From the NCBI GenBank assembly GCA_903916675.1, contig CAIWXQ010000029.1:14376-78375 (forward strand): a stretch of 64,000 nucleotides of DNA, in the 5' to 3' direction. This document shows, piece by piece, positions 55,074 to 64,000 of the stretch. The notes beneath the pieces were generated by a model that worked only from the letters and a program-made list of their open reading frames with translations, did no database searches and was not told the origin of the DNA. A program made the position numbers and the translations under genes. Each line of letters begins with the position of its first letter. Position 1 is the first letter of the stretch. This DNA is from an uncultured bacterium. GTDB taxonomy: Bacteria; Verrucomicrobiota; Kiritimatiellia; RFP12; CAIWXQ01.

Positions 55074-55812
55074 TTCCTGCATTGTCCGGACCATATTCCG
55101 CCGCGAGTTCCGCAACTACTTCAACTCGCCCGTGGCCTACGTATTCCTGGTGGCGTTCCTGCTGCTGGTGAACGCGCTGACCTTCCTGTTCGCCCAGTAT
55201 TACGAGGGGCATCAGGCTGACCTGACGGCATTCTTCCTCTGGCACCCGTGGGTCTACCTCCTGCTGGTGCCTGCCGCCACCATGGGGCTCTGGGCTGAGG
55301 AACGGCGCACCGGCACCATTGAACTGCTGCTCACGCTGCCCATCACGCTCGGCCAGGCCATTCTCGGAAAGTTTCTCGCGGCCTGGGCCTTCCTGGGTGT
55401 CGCGCTGGCGCTGACCGGGGTGATTATCCCGACTACCATCTTCCTGCTGGGCGGCAATCTGGACCTCGGTGTGACGTTTGCCGGCTACCTGGGGTCGTTC
55501 CTCCTGGCAGGCGCCTGTGTGGCCGTCGGCACGCTGACATCCGCCATGACCCGCAGCCAGGTCATCGGCTTCGTGCTGGCCCTGTTTGCCTGCCTCGTGT
55601 TCGACCTGGCCGGCTTCGATCCACTGGTGCGCCTCTTTTCCGGCTGGTCGCCCGCGCTGGCGGACTTTGTGGCGCAAGGCAGCTTCCTGCGCCACTTCGA
55701 ATCGCTGCGGCGCGGCGTCATCGACCTCGTTGACCTGGCCTACTTCGGCGGTATCATGGCAATCGCACTGATTGCCACGCACGCAGTCCTGAACAGCCGC
55801 AAAGGCGCCTGA
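55066..55812 (+). CDS. ABC-2 type permease (GldF-like)
   Basis: REFRNYFNSPVAY, EERRTGTIELLLTLP, six TM segments. Confidence 0.9.
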   Translation: MCNSCIVRTIFRREFRNYFNSPVAYVFLVAFLLLVNALTFLFAQYYEGHQADLTAFFLWHPWVYLLLVPAATMGLWAEERRTGTIELLLTLPITLGQAILGKFLAAWAFLGVALALTGVIIPTTIFLLGGNLDLGVTFAGYLGSFLLAGACVAVGTLTSAMTRSQVIGFVLALFACLVFDLAGFDPLVRLFSGWSPALADFVAQGSFLRHFESLRRGVIDLVDLAYFGGIMAIALIATHAVLNSRKGA

Positions 55813-55838
55813 TTCTTTTGCACCCAAGGAGATCCCTC

Positions 55839-57719
55839 ATGACGCTTCCCCCCCAAGGCATCGCCCGCAAGATCGGCGCCGGCGCCCTCGCCGTGGCGCT
55901 GACGGCCGTGATCGTCATCGCCGCAAACCTGATCCTGACGAACGCGCACCTGCGCCTGGACCTGACCCGCGGGCGCCAGTTTTCGCTTTCCGACGGCACG
56001 CGCCGCCTCCTGGCAAAGGCGGATCGCGACATTACGCTCCAGCTTTATGTCAGCCGCTCCGGCGATCTGCCGGTCGACCTGAAGACCTACGCCCGCCATC
56101 TGGAGGAACTGCTGCTGGAGTATCGCGCAGCCGGACTCGGCCGCATCATCCTCGAGACCTACGACCCGAAGCCTGACTCGGATGCCGAGGAACGGGCCAC
56201 TGCCGCTGGCCTCGAACCCCAGACCCTCAACCTCTATGCCTCGCCCGTTTATCTGGGCCTCGTGGCCCGGTGCGGCAGCGAGCAGCAGGTTGTGCCCTCG
56301 TTTGCGGCGGTCGAAGATGCCCGGCTCGAGTACACCCTCACCCGCCTGATCAGCCGCGTCCTCTTCCCGCAGAAGTCGGTCCTCGGCGTGCTCAGCAGCC
56401 TCCCCGTGCTCGGTGCGCCCATGAACCAGATGCAGATGATGATGGGGCAGCCACCCGACCAGGGGTGGATGGCGTTCCAGATGCTTCGCGAGGATTACGA
56501 GGTTCGCAGCGTGCCGCTGGAGACCGAAGGGATCGATCCCGAAATCCGCACGCTCATCGTGGTGCATCCGAAGAATTTGAGCGACCGCACCCTCTTTGCC
56601 ATCGATCAGTTCGTGCTGCGCGGCGGGCGGCTGGTGGTCTGTGTGGACCCGCTTAATGCCACGGACGCCCGTTCCAGCGAGAATGACAATCCGATGATGC
56701 GCATGGCCGGCAGCGACACCTCCTCGACACTCGGCAAGCTTTTCGACGCCTGGGGCGTCGGCTTCGACCCCACCCAGGTGATTGCCGACCTTCGCGCCGT
56801 GACCACCCTCTCCGGCCAAGGCCAAGTGATTGAGAGCCCCACCTTCCTCTGGATCCGCAATGACCGGATGAACCCGGACGACATCCTCTCCCGGCCGCTG
56901 GACCAGATCATGCTGCCGTTTGCCGGCTCGCTGACGGACAACACCAAGGGGAAGCGCACGTTCACTCCCCTGATCTATTCCTCTGCCGACGCCTCCTGCC
57001 CCATTGATGCCCTTGGCGCGCAATATGCAACCATCTCCTCCATCCGCAGACATTTCCGGCCGGACAACGTCCGCCATGTCCTGGCCGCCCGCCTCAGCGG
57101 CACGTTCGAGACCGCTTTCCCAAAAGGACCGGACGGCACCGCGTCAAACATTGCGCCCGCCCAGCTCCTCAAAGGAAACAGCGCCGTGCTGATCGTGGCA
57201 GACGCTGATTTCCTTTCCAACGAGAGCTGCGTCCGCCCCGTCTCCCTTGGCTTCGGCCTGCAGAACTACCAGCCGATCAACGACAACCTGACCTTCTTCC
57301 TGAACGGCGTAGAGCAACTGGCCGGCCGCGAGGAACTGCTCAGCCTCCGCGCCCGTGGCTCCTTCAAGCAGTCGTTCCGCCATGTCGATGAACTGGAACT
57401 GCGCGCCATGCGCGCCTGGCAGGCCAAGGAAGAGGAGTTGTCCAAGGAACTCGTGGACACACGCGCCAGGATCCAGGAGCTACAGCAGAAAAAGGGCGCC
57501 CAGAAATTGCTGCTTTCGCGCGAGCAACAGGTCGCGATCGAGACGTTCCACCGCAAGGAGGCGGACATCAACCACCAGCTCAAGGAGGTCCGCAAGGAAC
57601 TCCGCCGCGACATCGAAAAGCTCGGCATCGTGGTCAAGGCCGTCAATATCGCGGCCATGCCGCTGCTCCTGATCCTTTTCGGCGTCGCGCGCACGATCGC
57701 CCGCCGCCAGCGTCGCTGA
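55839..57719 (+). CDS. GldG-like ABC transporter auxiliary component
   Basis: RLDLT...FSLSDGT, IDQFVLRGG, VADADFL, C-terminal coiled coil and TM segment. Confidence 0.85.
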   Translation: MTLPPQGIARKIGAGALAVALTAVIVIAANLILTNAHLRLDLTRGRQFSLSDGTRRLLAKADRDITLQLYVSRSGDLPVDLKTYARHLEELLLEYRAAGLGRIILETYDPKPDSDAEERATAAGLEPQTLNLYASPVYLGLVARCGSEQQVVPSFAAVEDARLEYTLTRLISRVLFPQKSVLGVLSSLPVLGAPMNQMQMMMGQPPDQGWMAFQMLREDYEVRSVPLETEGIDPEIRTLIVVHPKNLSDRTLFAIDQFVLRGGRLVVCVDPLNATDARSSENDNPMMRMAGSDTSSTLGKLFDAWGVGFDPTQVIADLRAVTTLSGQGQVIESPTFLWIRNDRMNPDDILSRPLDQIMLPFAGSLTDNTKGKRTFTPLIYSSADASCPIDALGAQYATISSIRRHFRPDNVRHVLAARLSGTFETAFPKGPDGTASNIAPAQLLKGNSAVLIVADADFLSNESCVRPVSLGFGLQNYQPINDNLTFFLNGVEQLAGREELLSLRARGSFKQSFRHVDELELRAMRAWQAKEEELSKELVDTRARIQELQQKKGAQKLLLSREQQVAIETFHRKEADINHQLKEVRKELRRDIEKLGIVVKAVNIAAMPLLLILFGVARTIARRQRR

Positions 57720-57741
57720 TTTTCTGCCTGGAGATACCCCC

Positions 57742-58806
57742 ATGAAGCCAAGCAAACTCCTTCTTCTCGCCGCCGTCGCCGCCATCCTGGTGGCGCTGGC
57801 CTTCTGGTCCAACCAACAGACACGTGCCACGCCGCCCGCAGCCGTCGGCCAGCGCCTGCTGCCACGGCTCGAGCTGGCGTCCATCGCCCGCGTCGAGATC
57901 GCCGGCCGCGGCGCTCCGATTGCCCTGGTTCGCATGGACAGCGGCTGGGTCGTGACCAACCTGTTCAACTATCCGGCGGATGTCGTGAAGCTCCAGTCTG
58001 CGCTGCTCCAGCTCGCAGAGCAGAAGATCGGCGACGTGACCCGCGGCGTGAACATCGACACCAACGCCACGCTGGTCGATCTGCAGGACGCCTCCGGCCG
58101 GCCGCTGGCCACGCTGCGATTGGGACCGCCATCAGCCGAACGCCCCGGAGTGCGTCCCCGGCAGGGGCGCACTGTCGCCGTGGCCGGCGACAGCCAGGTG
58201 TATTGTGTAAAGGATTCGCTGTCCGAATTTGACGGCGAGCCGCGCGACTGGATCGACAGCCAGCTCCTCCGCCTTTCCAGTGCCGACATCCAGCGCATCG
58301 AACTGGCCAGCCCCACCGGCGCGGTCCTGACATTGACCCGCAATACAGGAACCCTCCAGCTGCAGGGAATTGCCACCAACGAGGAGTTCGAAGCCGGACA
58401 TTCCTACGGTATCGAGTCGGCCTTCTGCTACCTGAGTTTCGTGACCGTCGCAGATCCGAAGTTGACCAACTCCCAGACCGGCATGCTGGCCCCCAGCGTC
58501 TATCGCGTCCAGCTGAAGAACGGCGACGTGTACACCGCGCGCATCGGTGCCACGGCAACCAACGGCTGCCGCTACCTGCACATGGAGGCTGCCCTCGCCC
58601 CGGCGGGCACAAATGCCGCAGCGCAAGCCGAACTGGCTGCGCGCAAAACAGAACTGGACCAGAAACTCGGCAAATGGACCTATCTGCTCTCTGCCACCGC
58701 TGCGGAGAACATGACGCGCACGCGCGCCGAGCTAGTCAAAGCGAAGGCTGTTGCGACCAACGAATCCGCCACCGCGAAAGCCCCGGCGTTGATCAATACG
58801 CCGTGA
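57742..58806 (+). CDS. DUF4340-like protein
   Basis: N-terminal anchor, YPAD and DWID motifs; usual position after GldG-like genes. Confidence 0.7.
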   Translation: MKPSKLLLLAAVAAILVALAFWSNQQTRATPPAAVGQRLLPRLELASIARVEIAGRGAPIALVRMDSGWVVTNLFNYPADVVKLQSALLQLAEQKIGDVTRGVNIDTNATLVDLQDASGRPLATLRLGPPSAERPGVRPRQGRTVAVAGDSQVYCVKDSLSEFDGEPRDWIDSQLLRLSSADIQRIELASPTGAVLTLTRNTGTLQLQGIATNEEFEAGHSYGIESAFCYLSFVTVADPKLTNSQTGMLAPSVYRVQLKNGDVYTARIGATATNGCRYLHMEAALAPAGTNAAAQAELAARKTELDQKLGKWTYLLSATAAENMTRTRAELVKAKAVATNESATAKAPALINTP

Positions 58807-58886
58807 GCCGCGGGCAGCCGGGAAGATGGATTTTTGACCGCTGCTGACGGGTAACTGCTCACTGCCGAATCCAAGGAGCCAACAAC

Positions 58887-59870
58887 ATGGACATCCAGAA
58901 CACCACGCGTCAGATCGCCGACCAGGCCAAAACCATCGAGCGCCTGCGGCAGGAAGTCAATAAGGTGATCGTCGGCCAGGAGCGCCTGATCGACCGCCTG
59001 CTGATCGCGCTGCTCACCGGCGGACACGTGCTGCTGGAGGGCGTCCCCGGCCTGGCCAAGACCACAGCGGTCCGTACGCTGGCCCGGGCTCTCGGCCTGG
59101 CCTTCCATCGCATCTCCTTCACGCCGGACCTGCTTCCTGCCGACGTCACCGGCACCATGATCTACAGCCCCAAGGACGGCACCTTTACGCCCAAGCAGGG
59201 TCCTGTTTTCACCAACCTGCTGCTGGCGGATGAAATCAATCGCGCCCCGGCCAAGGTCCAGAGCGCCCTGCTCGAGGCCATGCAGGAGCACCAGGTCACC
59301 ATCGGCGACCGCACCTATCCCCTGCCCGTGCCGTTTCTCGTGCTTGCCACGCAGAACCCCATCGAACAGGAAGGCACCTACCCGCTCCCCGAGGCGCAGG
59401 TGGACCGCTTCATGCTCAAGTGCATCGTGAGACACCCCTCCCGCGATGACGAACGCCGCATCATGAACCGCTTCACCAGCCGACAGACGATCGACATCGC
59501 CGTCGTGCTTTCCGCCGCGGAGCTCGAAGGGCTGCGCCAGACCCTGGACCAGGTCTACTGCGACGAAAAAGTAGGCGAATACATCCTGGACATTGTTTTC
59601 GCCACCCGTACCCCCAAGGCATACAAGCTCGAAGCCCTTGCCAACCAAATCGAGATCGGCGCATCCCCACGCGCCACGCTCTACCTGAACCTCGCCGCGC
59701 GCGCCAACGCCATGCTCCATGGCCGCGCCTATGCTACGCCCCAGGATGTGAAGGAAATCGCCCATGACGTCCTGCGCCACCGCATTCTGCTCACCTACGA
59801 GGCTGAGGCCGAGGAAGTCACCAGCGAGAAGATTATCGACACGATTCTGGCCACGATACCGGTACCGTGA
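58887..59870 (+). CDS. moxR: MoxR family AAA+ ATPase
   Basis: EGVPGLAKT, FTPDLLP, DEINRAPAKVQSALLE, ATQNPIEQEGTYPLPEAQ. Confidence 0.95.
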   Translation: MDIQNTTRQIADQAKTIERLRQEVNKVIVGQERLIDRLLIALLTGGHVLLEGVPGLAKTTAVRTLARALGLAFHRISFTPDLLPADVTGTMIYSPKDGTFTPKQGPVFTNLLLADEINRAPAKVQSALLEAMQEHQVTIGDRTYPLPVPFLVLATQNPIEQEGTYPLPEAQVDRFMLKCIVRHPSRDDERRIMNRFTSRQTIDIAVVLSAAELEGLRQTLDQVYCDEKVGEYILDIVFATRTPKAYKLEALANQIEIGASPRATLYLNLAARANAMLHGRAYATPQDVKEIAHDVLRHRILLTYEAEAEEVTSEKIIDTILATIPVP

Positions 59871-59901
59871 TATGGATACGAACGCTGCCCCAGGCGATGA
59901 T

Positions 59902-60000
59902 GGTTCAACGGTTCACAGTTCAACGGTTAGCCAGAACGAGATTCTCCGCCCCATCAGAAGCCACAACCACTGAACCGTGAACCCTTGAACCGCTGAACCC
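59902..60000. repeat. Inverted arrays of 7-8-bp tandem repeats (GGTTCA / TGAACC)
   Basis: GGTTCAAC-GGTTCACA-GTTCAAC on the left and repeated TGAACC units on the right, between moxR and the DUF58 gene. Confidence 0.7.
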
Positions 60001-60008
60001 CCATTTAC

Positions 60009-60898
<890 letters not shown>

Positions 60899-60902
<4 letters not shown>

Positions 60903-61912
60903 AATGCGCCTCACCGGTCTGGTGGAAACGCCCGGCAGCCATCGTTCTGCTGCTGATTCTTGCCGCCCTCCTGCACGCCGGAGAGAAGGCCGCACTGACC
61001 ACCAATCTCCTGAAAGGGCCGGTGGATATCCAGCTTACCGCCGATGCTGCGCAGGTCTGCGCCGAACGCGACCTGTTTGTGACGGTCCACATCAGCTCTC
61101 CGGACTACCTCCGGGTGACTCTGCCGGACCTGCGCGAGCGTTTCCGCGGCTTCCGGCAGGCGGAAAGCTTTGCCCGCGATCCGATCATTGCCAACGGCGT
61201 AACCCGCAGTGAACAGCGTTGGCGCATGGTACCGGACCTCCAGCGCACCTACCGCCTGGCGCCGTTTGCCGTGCGCGTGGAGGACACCCGCCTGCGGCCG
61301 GCCACGATCAAATGGCTCGCCACGCACCCGGTAATCTTCGCGCCCGAGCCGCCCGCCGCGCCTGTCAGTGGCGAACCTGACGTTCCGCTGCGCCCGTTCT
61401 GGATCCCGCCAACCCTGCAAACCGTCCTGGCATGGATCGCCTGGGGATTGTTGGCACTGCTGCTGGCCGGTGGCATCTTCTGGGGCGTACGCCGGTTGCG
61501 CCGCCACGTCCGCGAGCTTCGCATGTCGCCGCGCGAACGCGCGCTTGCCGAGCTTGACCGCCTGCTCCGCCGCAACCTTGTGGCCAAGCGGCTCTATAAG
61601 GATTTTTACATCGAATTGACTATGGTGGTGCGGCGCTACATTGAGCGCGCGCATCGGATTCATGCCCCCGAGCAGACCACCCAGGAATTCCTCGCCGCAG
61701 CCGCGAGCCACCCACACTTCACCCCTGCGGCCGTCGCCCAGCTCAAGACGTTCCTCGAATCCGCCGATCTGGTCAAATTCGCCGGCCAGGAAGCCACGCC
61801 GCAGCAGGCGGATGGGGCCGTGGCCAACGCCCAATCGTACGTCGTGCACGATGCCCAAGAAGAGGAAAAGAGAGGAACGCCGAATGCTCCGCCCGCCAAC
61901 GCCCGGTCCTGA
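60899..61912 (+). CDS. Bat-operon membrane protein (hypothetical)
   Basis: Signal peptide, central TM segment, EQTTQEF and ADLVKFA motifs; position between DUF58 and batA. Confidence 0.75.
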
Positions 61913-61958
61913 TGTTGTCACGCTCCCATTCCGACCTTTGACTTCTGATAGCTGAAAC

Positions 61959-63005
61959 ATGTTCCGATTTGCCACACCGCTCGCCTTCCTGCTGCTGCTC
62001 CCCTGGGCAGTGGCCGCCTGGCGTCTGTTCCGGCGCGGCGCGCCCGCCGCGATCCTCTTCGCGCCGACCCGCCGGCTGCCGGAACGCACCGCCGGCTGGC
62101 GCGTCCTGCTGGCGCGCGTGGCGCCCCTGCTCTTCCTGATCGGCGCGCTGGCGCTGATCGTCGCAGCAGCCCGCCCGCAAACCCGCCTGGCGCGCACGCA
62201 GCGCAACATCAACGCCATCGCCATCGACATGGTCGTGGACGTCTCCGGATCCATGCAGGCGCTCGACCTTTCGGAACGCACCGCCGTGGGGATGAACTAC
62301 AAGACCCGTCTGGACGTGGTCAAGGACACCTTCGCCGATTTCATCACGCAGCGGCCGGACGATCTTGTTGGACTGATCAGCTTCGGTGGCTATGCCTCCA
62401 CCCGATGTCCCCTGACCGCCGACCATGAGGCACTGCTGCACGTGCTCAAGGGCGTGGAGATCCCGAGCGTCAGCGCCAGCGCCCAGGGGCGCGCCGTCGA
62501 CGCCGAGGAGGACCGGACCGCCATCGGTGATGCGCTGGCCACCGCCGCCGCACGCCTCGCCAATGCCGAGCCCAAAAGCCGCATCATCGTGCTGCTGACC
62601 GACGGCGACTCCAACACCGGCATCATCGCCCCCGAACAGGCGCTCGACGCGGCCCGGAAAATGGGGATCAAGGTCTTCACCATCGGCGTGGGAAGCAACG
62701 GCAACGCGCCCTTCCGCGTGCGCGACGCCTTCGGCCGCGATGCGATCGCCTATGCCGAGGTCACCTTCAACGAGGGGTTTCTCCGCCACGCGGCCGAGGT
62801 CACCGATGGCCGGTACTATAGCGTGCGCGATCACGACGCCATGCAGCGCAGCCTCGAGAGCATCAGCACACTCGTGACCACGCCAATCGCACGAAATGTC
62901 TACGAACAGTATCATGAATGGTTCGGCTGGTTTCTGCTGGCCGGCGGATTGCTGACCATCATGTCCCTCTCGGCGCAGATGCAGGCGACCCGGAGGCTGT
63001 TATGA
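61959..63005 (+). CDS. batA: VWA domain protein BatA-like
   Basis: ARPQ, DVSGSM MIDAS, TAIGDAL, LLTDG. Confidence 0.88.
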   Translation: MFRFATPLAFLLLLPWAVAAWRLFRRGAPAAILFAPTRRLPERTAGWRVLLARVAPLLFLIGALALIVAAARPQTRLARTQRNINAIAIDMVVDVSGSMQALDLSERTAVGMNYKTRLDVVKDTFADFITQRPDDLVGLISFGGYASTRCPLTADHEALLHVLKGVEIPSVSASAQGRAVDAEEDRTAIGDALATAAARLANAEPKSRIIVLLTDGDSNTGIIAPEQALDAARKMGIKVFTIGVGSNGNAPFRVRDAFGRDAIAYAEVTFNEGFLRHAAEVTDGRYYSVRDHDAMQRSLESISTLVTTPIARNVYEQYHEWFGWFLLAGGLLTIMSLSAQMQATRRLL

Positions 63006-63015
63006 AATCGAGAGA

Positions 63016-63106
63016 ATCCAGGATTCAGGATTCAGGATTCAGCTGCCAGAATGAAAATTCTGGGTTCTGGATTCTGCATTCTGCATTCTGCATTCCGCAT
63101 TCCTGA
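63016..63106. repeat. Heptamer tandem repeats (ATTCAGG / ATTCTGC)
   Basis: ATCCAGG-ATTCAGG-ATTCAGG-ATTCAGC, then ATTCTGG-GTTCTGG-(ATTCTGC)3-ATTCCGC. Confidence 0.8.
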
Positions 63107-63114
63107 ATCTACCC

Positions 63115-64000
63115 ATGCACTTTGTTCATCCATGGCTCCTGCTGTTACTCCTGGCGATTCCGCTGGCGGGCGCGGCATGGTTCTGGATGCTCCGGCAGGG
63201 GCGCCGGAATCTGGACCGCCTCGTCGCGCCGGCCCTGCAACCGCGCCTGATGCCGCCGCATTCGGCGCTGCGTCTGCAGATTCAGCTTGTTCTGGCGCTG
63301 GCGGGGCTGGCGCTGCTGGTCGTGGCAATCGCACGGCCGCAGTGGGGCCTCCGCGAGGAGCGTGTCCTGTCGCGCAGCCGCAACCTGGTAATCGCCGTCG
63401 ATGTCTCCCGTTCCATGCTCGCCCGCGACGTGCATCCCAACCGCCTAGAGCGCGCCAAGGTTGACGTCATGGACCTGATCGGCGAACTCAAGGGTGACCG
63501 TGCAGCGCTGCTGGCGTTCCGCCGGCGCGGCGTGCTGCTCTGCCCGCTGACCACGGACTACGCGTATCTCCGCCAGGCGCTCGACGGACTCTCGCCCGAC
63601 AGCGCCCCACGCGGCGAAACGGACCTGGCCGACGCGATCCGCAAGTCGCTCGATGCCCTTTCGCCGGCACAGGACGATCACAACGCCATTTTGCTGATTT
63701 CCGACGGTGAGGACCTCGCTGGCGAAGCCCTTGCCGCCGCGCAGGAATCCAGGCGCCGCGGCGTGCCGATATTCACCGTCGGCATCGGCGACACCTCGGG
63801 CACCACAATCCCGGAAGAAAACGGCATTGGCTCCCTGGTGTATCAGGGTGAAACCGTCCGCAGCCATTTGACCGAAGAGACGCTTTCCGCCATTGCCCGC
63901 GCTTCCGGCGGCCGTTACGTCCCGCTGGGAACCGCCAGCACCGTGCAAACTACGCTGGGCGCGATCTTCCGCCAGCATCTCCGCCAGATCGCCGCCAGCG
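63115..64000 (+). CDS. batB: VWA domain protein BatB-like (3'-truncated by the window edge; not in the ORF track)
   Basis: Manual translation: MHFVHPWLLLLLLAIP...ARPQWG...AVDVSRSMLARDVHPNRLERAK...CPLTTD...LISDGED; no stop seen before the window end. Confidence 0.88.
   Translation, partial: MHFVHPWLLLLLLAIPLAGAAWFWMLRQGRRNLDRLVAPALQPRLMPPHSALRLQIQLVLALAGLALLVVAIARPQWGLREERVLSRSRNLVIAVDVSRSMLARDVHPNRLERAKVDVMDLIGELKGDRAALLAFRRRGVLLCPLTTDYAYLRQALDGLSPDSAPRGETDLADAIRKSLDALSPAQDDHNAILLISDGEDLAGEALAAAQESRRRGVPIFTVGIGDTSGTTIPEENGIGSLVYQGETVRSHLTEETLSAIARASGGRYVPLGTASTVQTTLGAIFRQHLRQIAAS

Noticed and set aside
54339-57719. Gliding motility machinery
   Set aside because: GldA/F/G-like ABC systems are widespread in non-gliding bacteria, and no other gld or spr genes are present.

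Overview
High-GC bacterial chromosome segment. The gene content and repeat style suggest a PVC-superphylum organism such as Kiritimatiellia or Lentisphaeria (inference only). Left arm (1-20.5 kb): housekeeping and redox genes (dnaE, ligA, MFS, Gfo/Idh/MocA, SPFH/NfeD, DsbD-like, ferritin, fprA, thioredoxin, coaC, gmk, yicC, nadE) and an unusual ArsC-PAS-sigma54 activator. Right arm (33-64 kb): nucleotide-sugar dehydrogenase, GT4, trpA, Hsp20, an NtrB/C-type two-component system, an atypical rhamnose-isomerase/rhamnulokinase operon containing a ThDP dehydrogenase E1/E2, and a Gld-like ABC plus MoxR/Bat operon. The most striking region is 21.5-33.2 kb, a tandem cargo array downstream of a conserved host gene (X, 33010-33819, minus strand). 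It holds two truncated copies of the 3' end of X, each followed by a ~500-bp non-coding element. Three conserved IS91/ISCR oriIS-like ends, each with a conserved outward promoter-like motif, abut three unrelated cargo genes, and one unit keeps an IS91-family transposase remnant. The layout mirrors ISCR1 complex integrons but uses a host gene as the homology anchor. It is a candidate rolling-circle gene-capture and expression platform. No rRNA, tRNA or CRISPR array was seen.
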